Assembly: GCA_020348445.1 (NCBI GenBank)
Contig: CP070751.1
Coordinates: 484,594 to 548,593 of the forward strand
DNA: 64,000 nucleotides
From: Thermoplasmata archaeon
GTDB lineage: Archaea > Thermoplasmatota > Thermoplasmata > GCA-020350865
Reading direction: 5' to 3'
This document shows, piece by piece, positions 56,434-64,000 of the stretch. Made by a program: the position numbers and the translations under genes. Each line of letters starts with the position of its first letter. The first letter of the stretch is position 1. Below the pieces are notes generated by a model. The model did not search any database. It worked only from the letters and a program-made list of their open reading frames with translations, and was not told the DNA's origin.

Positions 56434-57648
56434 TCAACCCTCCGATTGTATGATTTCCTCTTCTATTCTTATCAATTCATTTAGCTTGGCGGTCCTTTCC
56501 CCCCCAACCACCCCTGTCTTTATGGCATGACAACCGAAGGCAACAGCCAAATGGGCTATTGTAGAATCTGTTGTCTCACCACTTCGGTGAGAGACTACGG
56601 TCTTATAACCATTTTCATGGGCCACTTTGATGGTTTCTATTGTCCTGGTCAGCGTACCAACCTGATTGGGCTTGATTAGAACTGCATTGGTCGCGCCCAT
56701 TTGGATGCCGTTTTTTAACCTATTTACGTCAGTTACGAACAGATCGTCACCTACGATGGTGCATTTACTACCCACGGCCTTTGTTAGTTTGGAATACCCT
56801 TCGAAATCCTCCTGATCCAGAGGATCTTCCACCAGATTTAGCTCATAATTATCGATAAGATGCGTTACAAATTCTATCTGATCTTCAGTGTTCAATTTTC
56901 CGTTCTTGTAATGATAATAACCATCTTTGAAAAGTTCTGAGGCCGCGATGTCCAAGCACGGTCTGATTGAAAAACCGGCTGTATCTGATACTTCCTTGCA
57001 CGCGTCAGCAACAAGCTCCAATGCCTCCTCATTATCCATCTTCGCAACCCAGGCACCTTCATCTCCCTTGCCGATGGCTGAATCTGGAAACTTATCCTTC
57101 AACCTTTTTTTTACGTGTGCATGAACCTGGGCATTAGCGAAAATGGATTCTTTTGCTGTTTTCCCCAGGGCAATGGCCGAGTACTCCTGAATATCTGTTC
57201 CACCCACCGCGTGCTTTCCTCCCCCTAAAACATTGCCCAAGGGATAAGGTGTTCTTTTGGCAAATGCTCCACCTAAATAATGATATAACGGAAGTCCCAG
57301 GACAAATGCAGCGGCCTTGGCATTTGCAAGGGAAGTTGCCACAGACACGTTACCGCCCATATTTGAGAAGTTATCTGAGCCGTCGAGCTCGACCAAAATA
57401 GAATCTATTTCTTCCTGCTCTATCACATCCATATCAATTAGCTTTGGTGCAACGTTCTCTTGGAAATTCTGTATAGCGAAATCCACTCCTTTCGTGGGAA
57501 ATGCCGTAACTTCATTTGCCCCTGTGCTTGCTCCACTTGGTGCCGAGGCTGTGCCAAAACCACTTTGGGTATATATGTCCACTTCAACTGTGGGATTGCC
57601 CCTGCTGTCAAGAATCTTTCTTATGGCAACCTCCGTGATTTGCGTCAA
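56434..57648 (-). CDS. eno: Enolase
   Basis: [40 protein letters not shown]; TTG start. Confidence 0.97.
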   Translation of the reverse strand: MTQITEVAIRKILDSRGNPTVEVDIYTQSGFGTASAPSGASTGANEVTAFPTKGVDFAIQNFQENVAPKLIDMDVIEQEEIDSILVELDGSDNFSNMGGNVSVATSLANAKAAAFVLGLPLYHYLGGAFAKRTPYPLGNVLGGGKHAVGGTDIQEYSAIALGKTAKESIFANAQVHAHVKKRLKDKFPDSAIGKGDEGAWVAKMDNEEALELVADACKEVSDTAGFSIRPCLDIAASELFKDGYYHYKNGKLNTEDQIEFVTHLIDNYELNLVEDPLDQEDFEGYSKLTKAVGSKCTIVGDDLFVTDVNRLKNGIQMGATNAVLIKPNQVGTLTRTIETIKVAHENGYKTVVSHRSGETTDSTIAHLAVAFGCHAIKTGVVGGERTAKLNELIRIEEEIIQSEG

Positions 57649-57657
57649 AACTCTCCC

Positions 57658-57831
57658 TCAGATATCTCTTAACGCGTTAATGGGAATAATCCCTTTTCTA
57701 TATTCCCTCTCCGCCAACTCAACAGGGCTTATTATTCCCTTCTTTTCCCTGATTAACAACGGTGCACCCATTGTTATCTGTAATGCCCGAGCACCTATTA
57801 TTCTCGCCTTCTCGAATCTTGTATGTTTCAT
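57658..57831 (-). CDS. rpoK: RNA polymerase subunit K (Rpo6), 57 aa, absent from the ORF track
   Basis: Hand translation MKHTRFEKARIIGARALQITMGAP...ELAEREYRKGIIPI; canonical position upstream of eno-rps2. Confidence 0.95.
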   Translation of the reverse strand: MKHTRFEKARIIGARALQITMGAPLLIREKKGIISPVELAEREYRKGIIPINALRDI

Positions 57832-58091
57832 TTTTACCAGCCCAAAGTCGGATTATACAATGAAATGGATGGGTATACCCCTAATAAAGAGGCTATAGAT
57901 AAATGTTTTGCAGTTTGAATGAAAAAGATGATTATTAATCTTCACTTTCATTTTATATCTTTGATTATTGGGTGGGCGGAGGGGGTAATGGAAGGAGGGA
58001 GGAAAAACAACATATTGCCTACCATTAAATAAAAATGATAACTACAATAGAGAGGTAGGATTAAATAATAAATAGGTCATAAACTTATTAT

Positions 58092-58334
58092 ATGCCTCTC
58101 CCAAGAGAAATTCTAAATGAACTCAAATGGCGCGAGGATAGAAACCTGTCTTCTACAGAGATATGGTATGTTCACAGGGGCGCTGCCAACGATACAAAGA
58201 TAGTATCAGGTGGCGAGATTTTGGATTTGGAGCATTCGTTCATGATTTTAGAGGATGCATCCATCCCCTATCATAGAATTTTTAAAATCGTGTACGAGGG
58301 AGAGGTTATATTTGAAAGAGAAAAAAGAAAGTGA
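58092..58334 (+). CDS. UPF0248/DUF504 (MJ1316-like) protein
   Basis: REILNELKW, YVHRGA, IPYHRI. Confidence 0.85.
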   Translation: MPLPREILNELKWREDRNLSSTEIWYVHRGAANDTKIVSGGEILDLEHSFMILEDASIPYHRIFKIVYEGEVIFEREKRK

Positions 58335-58777
58335 TATTAATGGAATCTCGTGAAAACACCGAATTTGTCCCCTCCCCTGAAGAAATCAAGGACATCCTAT
58401 CGAAGTCGAAGGTGATAGCAGTTGTAGGGCTCTCCAATGACAGGATGAGGCCAAGCAATAGGATCGGAAAATTCCTCAAGGTCAAAGGTTATAAGGTCAT
58501 TCCCGTCAATCCAAATTACGATTCTGTATTGGATTTGAAGTCGTATCCAACCCTGCTTGATGTTCCAGAAGAAATTGATATTGTAGATATTTTTAGAAAA
58601 CCAGAAGCCGTTGGCGATGTGGTTTCCGATGCCATTAAAAAGGGCGTTAAGGTGGTGTGGATGCAGGAGGGCATAATAAATATTGATGCCGCGCAGAAGG
58701 CAAAAGAAGCGGGAATTACAGTGGTAATGGACAGATGCATCTACAAGGAATATGATATACATTTTATGCGTCATTAA
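58331..58777 (+). CDS. CoA-binding protein (YccU-like)
   Basis: IAVVGLS, GYKVIPVNP, DIVDIFR, VWMQEGI, VMDRC. Confidence 0.9.
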   Translation: MILMESRENTEFVPSPEEIKDILSKSKVIAVVGLSNDRMRPSNRIGKFLKVKGYKVIPVNPNYDSVLDLKSYPTLLDVPEEIDIVDIFRKPEAVGDVVSDAIKKGVKVVWMQEGIINIDAAQKAKEAGITVVMDRCIYKEYDIHFMRH

Positions 58778-59009
58778 TTCATCATGATTGCTTGATGGTT
58801 CAATTTCTAATGATTTTGTAGGTGGGTATGGAGGTGGGGGTAGGTGGGTGGGTAAATATAATTTTCCTAATACTAAATGATCAAATCCACCGATAATTTC
58901 TATCATATTCGGCACTCCTGACACCTTATTCAGTGACAGCTCAATCTTTATATAGAGTTAACCCTATTGCGGTTATGTTAATACCGTGCAAAACCGCGGA
59001 GGTGTAAAA

Positions 59010-59420
59010 ATGGATGAACTCGAAGAGATAAGAGCAAAAAAAATACAGTCATATTGGAATGACATGCAACCACCTGCTGTAACACTTGAAAGGAAGATGC
59101 CGAATGTACCAATAGAATTAACCGACGAGAACTTTGCTGAAATAATTCAGGAATTCGACTTCATTATCGTGGATTGTTGGGCGCCATGGTGCGGACCCTG
59201 CAAGATGCTTTCTCCTGTAATAGATGAGCTTGCAGGTGACTATGAAGGTAAGTCGGTCTTTGGCAAGCTTAACACAGATATGAACAGACAGGTTGCCACT
59301 GAGTTCGGTATCATGAGCATCCCAACACTTCTATTTATTAAGAACGGAAGATTGGTTGATACCATCATAGGAGCAGTTCCAAAAGAGGTTATAGTATCAA
59401 AAATGAAAAGGTTTCTCTGA
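59010..59420 (+). CDS. trxA: Thioredoxin with archaeal N-terminal extension
   Basis: WAPWCGPC, SIPTL; start taken at ATG 59010 after GGAGGTG. Confidence 0.92.
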   Translation: MDELEEIRAKKIQSYWNDMQPPAVTLERKMPNVPIELTDENFAEIIQEFDFIIVDCWAPWCGPCKMLSPVIDELAGDYEGKSVFGKLNTDMNRQVATEFGIMSIPTLLFIKNGRLVDTIIGAVPKEVIVSKMKRFL

Positions 59421-59446
59421 TGATGCATAAAAAGGGGTTTTGATAA

Positions 59447-59632
59447 ATGCGTGCAATTGTGGATGAAAGTCGATGTTCCGGATGCGAAGCCTGTGTGGGC
59501 CTTTGCCCCACCGATGCAATATCCATTAAGGAGGGAGTTGCCAAGATCATGGGGCCATTTTGCAAGGGATGCGGATTTTGTATCGAGGATTGTGGGGAGG
59601 AAGCAATTAGAGTCCTTGAAGATGTGTTTTGA
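59447..59632 (+). CDS. 2[4Fe-4S] ferredoxin
   Basis: CSGCEACVGLCP and CKGCGFCIEDC. Confidence 0.88.
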   Translation: MRAIVDESRCSGCEACVGLCPTDAISIKEGVAKIMGPFCKGCGFCIEDCGEEAIRVLEDVF

Positions 59633-59689
59633 CTCCGTACATTGCCATAAAAAACCTTTAAATAAGAAAAGCTTCATGCAACACCCCCT

Positions 59690-61714
59690 ATGAGCATTCT
59701 CGTTGTGTGTGAAAAACAAAACGCTGCAAAACGTATCGCAGTTATACTTTCCAATGGAAAAGCTAGGGAGACATATATCCACAAAGTGCCTGTCTATTTT
59801 TTTGAAAGAAAAGGGACGAATTACGCTGTAATCGGTCTTCGTGGCCATATCCTGGAATTGGACTACCCTGAGCAGTATCTGGGATGGCATAGGATAAAAC
59901 CAAGGGAACTAACACATATTGCCCCTGAGAAGAGGGTGTCCAAGGGTGCAAGGAACATAGTTTCTGCCCTAAAGGACCTTGCAAGGGAAAATGAGGGAGT
60001 AATCATTGCCACAGATTATGACAGGGAAGGTGAGTTAATTGGTGTAGAGGGCCTGGACATAGTAAAGGATATAAATCCAAGATTGGAGGTGAAAAGAGCG
60101 AGGTTCAGCGCCCTGACAAAGGATGAGGTAGAAGGTGCTTTTCAGAATTTGGTTGATGTTGATTACAACCTTTCAGCATCGGCAGAGTCAAGGCAGGTCG
60201 TGGATCTGGCATGGGGAGCTTCCCTTACAAGATTCATATCAATTGCATCCAATCAAAGTGGTAAGGATTTTCTATCAGTTGGAAGGGTTCAGAGCCCAAC
60301 ATTGGCATTGCTTGTAGATAGGGAGAAGGAAATCGAAAGTTTCGAGCCTGAACCTTACTGGGAAATCGAGGCGAAATTGGAGAAGAAGAATAAGTTCACT
60401 GCAAAACACATAAACGGGAGGTTCAAGGACAAGAATGAGGCCAAGAAGGTACAAAAGAGGGCAGAAGGTTCAGAGAATGGTATCGTCGCAAAAGTCATAA
60501 AAAAAGAAAAAAAGGACAAACCTCCTGCGCCGTATAACACCACCGCATTTCTCAGGGATGCCACAAGGCAGGGATTCACGGCAGCAAGGGCCATGGCTGT
60601 TGCAGAGGATCTTTATACCAATGGATTCATAAGCTACCCCAGAACAGACAACACCGTATATCCAAAGTCACTTAATTTGAGAAATCTTTTGGAAAAAATG
60701 AAGAATTCCGAGTTTTCCTCGGAGGCTTCCGAGCTTCTAGCAATACCCCGACTTATCCCCACAAGGGGAAAAACACTCGCAACGGACCACCCCCCGATTC
60801 ACCCCACAGGTGCAGCCAAGAAGAAGGACTTAAACAGGAATCAATGGAAGGTTTACGAACTTGTTGCAAGAAGGTTTTTTGCCACATTGGCAAAACCTGC
60901 CGTCCAAGAGGTTACGAATGTAGAAATCGATCTTAGCAAAGAGATTTTCACAACCAACGGACTCAGATTTATCGACCTCGGTTGGAGAAAGTATTTTCCT
61001 TATTACACCCCCAAGGAGAAAATTCTGCCCAAAATGATAGAAGGGGATATGGTGAAAGTTCTAGGGGTGGAGATGATCGAGGATCAAACCAAGCCTCCAA
61101 ACAGGTATGGACAGGGAGCCCTTATCGCCGAAATGGAGAGACTCGGCCTTGGAACCAAAAGCACCCGCCATGAGATAATCCAAAAGCTCTACGGAAGAGG
61201 CTACGTAAAAGATTCCCCGCCAAAACCCACACCCTCTGGCATAGCTGTAATAGAGGCATTAGAGGAGCATGCCAGGACCATCACCAGGGCCAGGATGACA
61301 AGTACCCTTGAAAATGACATGGCAGAGGTTGCTGAGGGAAAGAAGGATTTTGTAGATGTTGTGAATGAATCACAGGAGATGCTGGACAAGGTCTTCATAA
61401 TACTTGAGGAAAACAAGGAGAATATAGGAAGCTCCATAAAAGAGGCCTTGAAGAAGCAGAGGATCGTCGGGGAGTGTCAGCGGTGTGGTGGAGAACTTTT
61501 GATAACCCGCTCGCGGCGGGGCAAGAGATTTGTTGGCTGCTCGAATTTCCCGAAATGCAGAAACTCTTACGCCTTACCTCAAAGGGGAAAGCTCGATTTT
61601 GCAGATTTCACTTGCGAGAAGTGCGGGGCACCCATGATAAAGTTCGGAAGAGGCAGGGGAAGGAAAAAGGACGTATGCATAAACATGAAGTGCGAGGCAA
61701 GTAAGGTCTCTTAG
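59690..61714 (+). CDS. topA: DNA topoisomerase IA with C-terminal zinc ribbon
   Basis: VCEK TOPRIM, ATDYDREGE, SVGRVQSP, ISYPRTD (catalytic Tyr), GLGTKSTR, GCSNFPKC. Confidence 0.96.
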   Translation: MSILVVCEKQNAAKRIAVILSNGKARETYIHKVPVYFFERKGTNYAVIGLRGHILELDYPEQYLGWHRIKPRELTHIAPEKRVSKGARNIVSALKDLARENEGVIIATDYDREGELIGVEGLDIVKDINPRLEVKRARFSALTKDEVEGAFQNLVDVDYNLSASAESRQVVDLAWGASLTRFISIASNQSGKDFLSVGRVQSPTLALLVDREKEIESFEPEPYWEIEAKLEKKNKFTAKHINGRFKDKNEAKKVQKRAEGSENGIVAKVIKKEKKDKPPAPYNTTAFLRDATRQGFTAARAMAVAEDLYTNGFISYPRTDNTVYPKSLNLRNLLEKMKNSEFSSEASELLAIPRLIPTRGKTLATDHPPIHPTGAAKKKDLNRNQWKVYELVARRFFATLAKPAVQEVTNVEIDLSKEIFTTNGLRFIDLGWRKYFPYYTPKEKILPKMIEGDMVKVLGVEMIEDQTKPPNRYGQGALIAEMERLGLGTKSTRHEIIQKLYGRGYVKDSPPKPTPSGIAVIEALEEHARTITRARMTSTLENDMAEVAEGKKDFVDVVNESQEMLDKVFIILEENKENIGSSIKEALKKQRIVGECQRCGGELLITRSRRGKRFVGCSNFPKCRNSYALPQRGKLDFADFTCEKCGAPMIKFGRGRGRKKDVCINMKCEASKVS

Positions 61715-61794
61715 ATATGACAGGATCCTTTTATTCAACAATTCCATTATTTAACAAGATTGTTATGTAAAATACGATATGTACCAACGGATAT

Positions 61795-62517
61795 TCACCT
61801 CTCCCTCATATCTTCTATCAACTTAACAAGTTCATTTATTATAAAATCGTTGATTTCATTTCCTTTTTCTTTTGAAGCATCCCTTGGATCACCCATAACA
61901 CCCGAAGGAAAATATTTTTCTGGATCTGGTAGAACCATGAACTTTGGGGGTCTATCTTTACCTGCTGTGCCTTTTCCTTTTACCAAGTCCCCCCTTATAG
62001 CCATTACCCTTGAGGTTTCTATTAAACCTGAATGACTGTCGTCATTTGGTATGCTCTCATCAGAATCTAGCAGATCATACGCGATATCGTAGTCCGAGAG
62101 AACCATGATATTGACCTTGTTCTCCCGAACCACCTTCTCTGCAGCCAAACGCAGAGCTGCCATGTGCACCCTGCCAGCGTGACCCGAAAGCACCACTATG
62201 TTTTTAATGCCGTTTCGTAAGAACTCGGAGAGAATATCGTAAACTAGAGAGCGTAGGGTATCAAAGGAGATTGTTATGGTTCCCGCTAGGTTCCTTGTGG
62301 AGGAACAAAATCCGTACCTTATGGGAGGGGCTATTAGGGCTTTTGTCTGCTGGGCAACCTTTTCTGCCACATATTCCGGCTGAATGGAATCCGTACATAA
62401 AGGTAAATGAGAGCCGTGCCCCTCTATTGCACCGATGGGTAAAATAACCACTGTATTCTCGTTTACATTTTCCTTGAATTCCTTCATAGAGAGCTCGTCG
62501 AGGTACATGAACATCAC
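61795..62517 (-). CDS. Creatininase family amidohydrolase
   Basis: PIGAIEGHGSHLP.TD, SGHAG, HSGLIETS, GVMGDP. Confidence 0.9.
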   Translation of the reverse strand: MMFMYLDELSMKEFKENVNENTVVILPIGAIEGHGSHLPLCTDSIQPEYVAEKVAQQTKALIAPPIRYGFCSSTRNLAGTITISFDTLRSLVYDILSEFLRNGIKNIVVLSGHAGRVHMAALRLAAEKVVRENKVNIMVLSDYDIAYDLLDSDESIPNDDSHSGLIETSRVMAIRGDLVKGKGTAGKDRPPKFMVLPDPEKYFPSGVMGDPRDASKEKGNEINDFIINELVKLIEDMRER

Positions 62518-62632
62518 GGGTACGGCATTAAAATGAAATATGAAAAAGGTTTTGATTGGAACTTAGGCAGAAACGAAACAAACCACCACAACGTTTTTTA
62601 AGCAAGCTCGCGTTTATAGAAATGGTGAGTTT

Positions 62633-63157
62633 ATGCGAAGGAGCCTGGCATTATATACGATTATAACTACATTCTGTGTCTTTGCAGGGATTGCCAGTGC
62701 AGGGGAACCGGATGTATCTGCAAATAATGTAATTGGTATTGAGCCAGAAGAGGAATTCGACTTGGTGATATTTGTTGAGAGTCATGCCGATGATTCGAAC
62801 TACACCGTGATAGTCACATTGCACAGGAGGTTCGAGTTCGTTGAGAATAAAAGTGACATGATCATCTCAGGCGATGAAGCCTCGATAACTCTTGAGGGGG
62901 ATGATAAAGATGAATTGAGGTTCGAATTTCCCATGATGGCCGAAGAGGATACTCCTGAAGGTAGTTATCACATAGACTATGAAGCATATTGGAATGGATC
63001 AGAGACTGACTTCGAAAATAAGCTCATTAAAATGGACTCGGTTCGTGTTTCTGTGGGAGAGGGAGGAAGAAGTTCCTGTTCCACCACAGATTTTTTAATA
63101 CTACCTGTCCTGGCAATAGGACTTGTATTCTGTATAGTCAAAAAGGAGAAAAGGTGA
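62633..63157 (+). CDS. Secreted Ig-like protein with C-terminal membrane anchor/sorting-like motif
   Basis: Signal peptide; ends GEGGRSSC + hydrophobic helix + KKEKR. Confidence 0.72.
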   Translation: MRRSLALYTIITTFCVFAGIASAGEPDVSANNVIGIEPEEEFDLVIFVESHADDSNYTVIVTLHRRFEFVENKSDMIISGDEASITLEGDDKDELRFEFPMMAEEDTPEGSYHIDYEAYWNGSETDFENKLIKMDSVRVSVGEGGRSSCSTTDFLILPVLAIGLVFCIVKKEKR

Positions 63158-63432
63158 TTATCATGGAGCCAAGGGTATTTTCAAGCGGAAAAATGCGATC
63201 TGCAAGGGGATTTTCAACCCTGGAACTTAAGAAAGCAAGAATCGATGTCAGGATTGCTAAGAGATTGGGATTGAGGGTGGATTTTAGAAGAAAAACAGCC
63301 TACGATGAGAACATCAAGCTCATAAAAGAAAAGCTCGAGGATGAGAAAAAGAAGAGAGAAATAAAGAAGAAAACGAAGAAAGGGAAGGTTGAAAAGGCCA
63401 AGAAAGTACCCAAATCTAAAAAAGAGGATTAA
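63154..63432 (+). CDS. rpl13e: 50S ribosomal protein L13e
   Basis: R..RGFS..ELK.A.I....A..LGL.VD.RRKT...EN signature. Start GTG 63154 or ATG 63163. Confidence 0.88.
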   Translation: MIIMEPRVFSSGKMRSARGFSTLELKKARIDVRIAKRLGLRVDFRRKTAYDENIKLIKEKLEDEKKKREIKKKTKKGKVEKAKKVPKSKKED

Positions 63433-63446
63433 TTAGAATAAAAATG

Positions 63447-64000
63447 TCAAGGTCTAACACGTTTTAATCTCACATACTCGGATTTTACTTTGTCCACTCT
63501 TCCCAAAAGCAGCTCCTTTTTTACTCCGTGAGCCAGTCGAACTGCCCTGGAAATCTCAGGCCATGTACTGTGGTAGGTTTTGGAAACTGCATGTACCAAA
63601 TATAGGGCGTGCTCCTTGTCTGGATCCCCTTTGTAGACCCTAAAGTGCGTACCGTACTTGAATCCAGTTTTAACGATGAGGCCCCTGCTCTTCAGATCCT
63701 TGTACACCTTCAGCCTGACACCGAAATCAGGCTGGATTTTCTTTGCTTTTCTCGTGAATTGATTAAAGTTGATTCTCCTGCCCGATTTTGCGTCCCTCAC
63801 CAAAAGGGCATCCATTTCTAGTAGGTACGCTGTTTCTAATAGAGAAAGCTGCAATCCCTCTCCAATGAACTTTCCAAAGAATTCGGCATCATGTAGGATA
63901 TCTGCCTCTTCTGAATCTGAAATCATGACCCTGTCCCCAAAAAAAAGAGCCTCGCACTGGATCTCAAACTCCTTTGTTTTTATGCGGCCCTTGGGTCGAA
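63447..64000 (-). CDS. endA: tRNA-splicing endonuclease, C-terminal part (frame open to the window edge)
   Basis: KTGFKYGTHFRVY, HALYLV, RAVRLAHGVKK catalytic-unit motifs. No stop codon between 63926 and 64000. Confidence 0.92.
   Translation of the reverse strand, partial: RPKGRIKTKEFEIQCEALFFGDRVMISDSEEADILHDAEFFGKFIGEGLQLSLLETAYLLEMDALLVRDAKSGRRINFNQFTRKAKKIQPDFGVRLKVYKDLKSRGLIVKTGFKYGTHFRVYKGDPDKEHALYLVHAVSKTYHSTWPEISRAVRLAHGVKKELLLGRVDKVKSEYVRLKRVRP

Noticed and set aside
57317-57898. 193-aa plus-strand ORF
   Set aside because: Antisense to eno and rpoK.
5116-58024. CCTACCA word near three putative promoters (~5117, ~46073, ~58018)
   Set aside because: A 7-mer at inconsistent distances from the starts; compatible with chance.
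57832-58091. tRNA gene expected near rpoK in many archaea
   Set aside because: No cloverleaf or T-loop (GTTCRA) pattern found here or in the other intergenic regions I read.
58397-59890. Minus-strand ORFs 58397-58924 and 59240-59890
   Set aside because: Antisense to well-supported CoA-binding, thioredoxin, ferredoxin and topA genes.
59690-61714. Intein or other insertion in topA or other core genes
   Set aside because: Lengths and motif spacing are normal; no intein blocks seen.

Overview
Archaeal genomic window, most consistent with an uncultured Thermoplasmatota lineage (S17e, L13e, rpoK-eno-rps2-MEMO1 cluster, EndA, split class I fumarase, GGAGG/GGTGA RBS with frequent TTG/GTG starts). 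About 59% of it (~38 kb) is four very large cell-surface genes: a 5'-truncated PKD-repeat protein, a 6014-aa giant, a 3327-aa beta-helix/Ig/CARDB protein and an 1839-aa membrane-anchored S8 protease. The rest is housekeeping genes, two Rab-like GTPases flanking two CAP paralogues, and small genes missing from the ORF track (rpoK, a 57-aa Cys4 protein). Top observations: (1) the giant gene lies in an 18,884-bp segment bounded by a 198-bp, 96%-identical direct repeat of the purB promoter plus first 47 codons. The upstream copy is fused to the tail remnant of another PKD gene and differs almost only at synonymous sites, suggesting integrase-free import from a related lineage. (2) The giant protein has three 7-repeat FG-GAP (integrin-alpha-like) propellers; one carries two inserted pentraxin-type domains with CRP/SAP-like calcium-ligand motifs. 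It ends in a lower-GC, multi-helix hydrophobic domain. No tRNA, rRNA, CRISPR, integrase or transposase was seen. All family assignments come from motif recognition by eye, not database searches.
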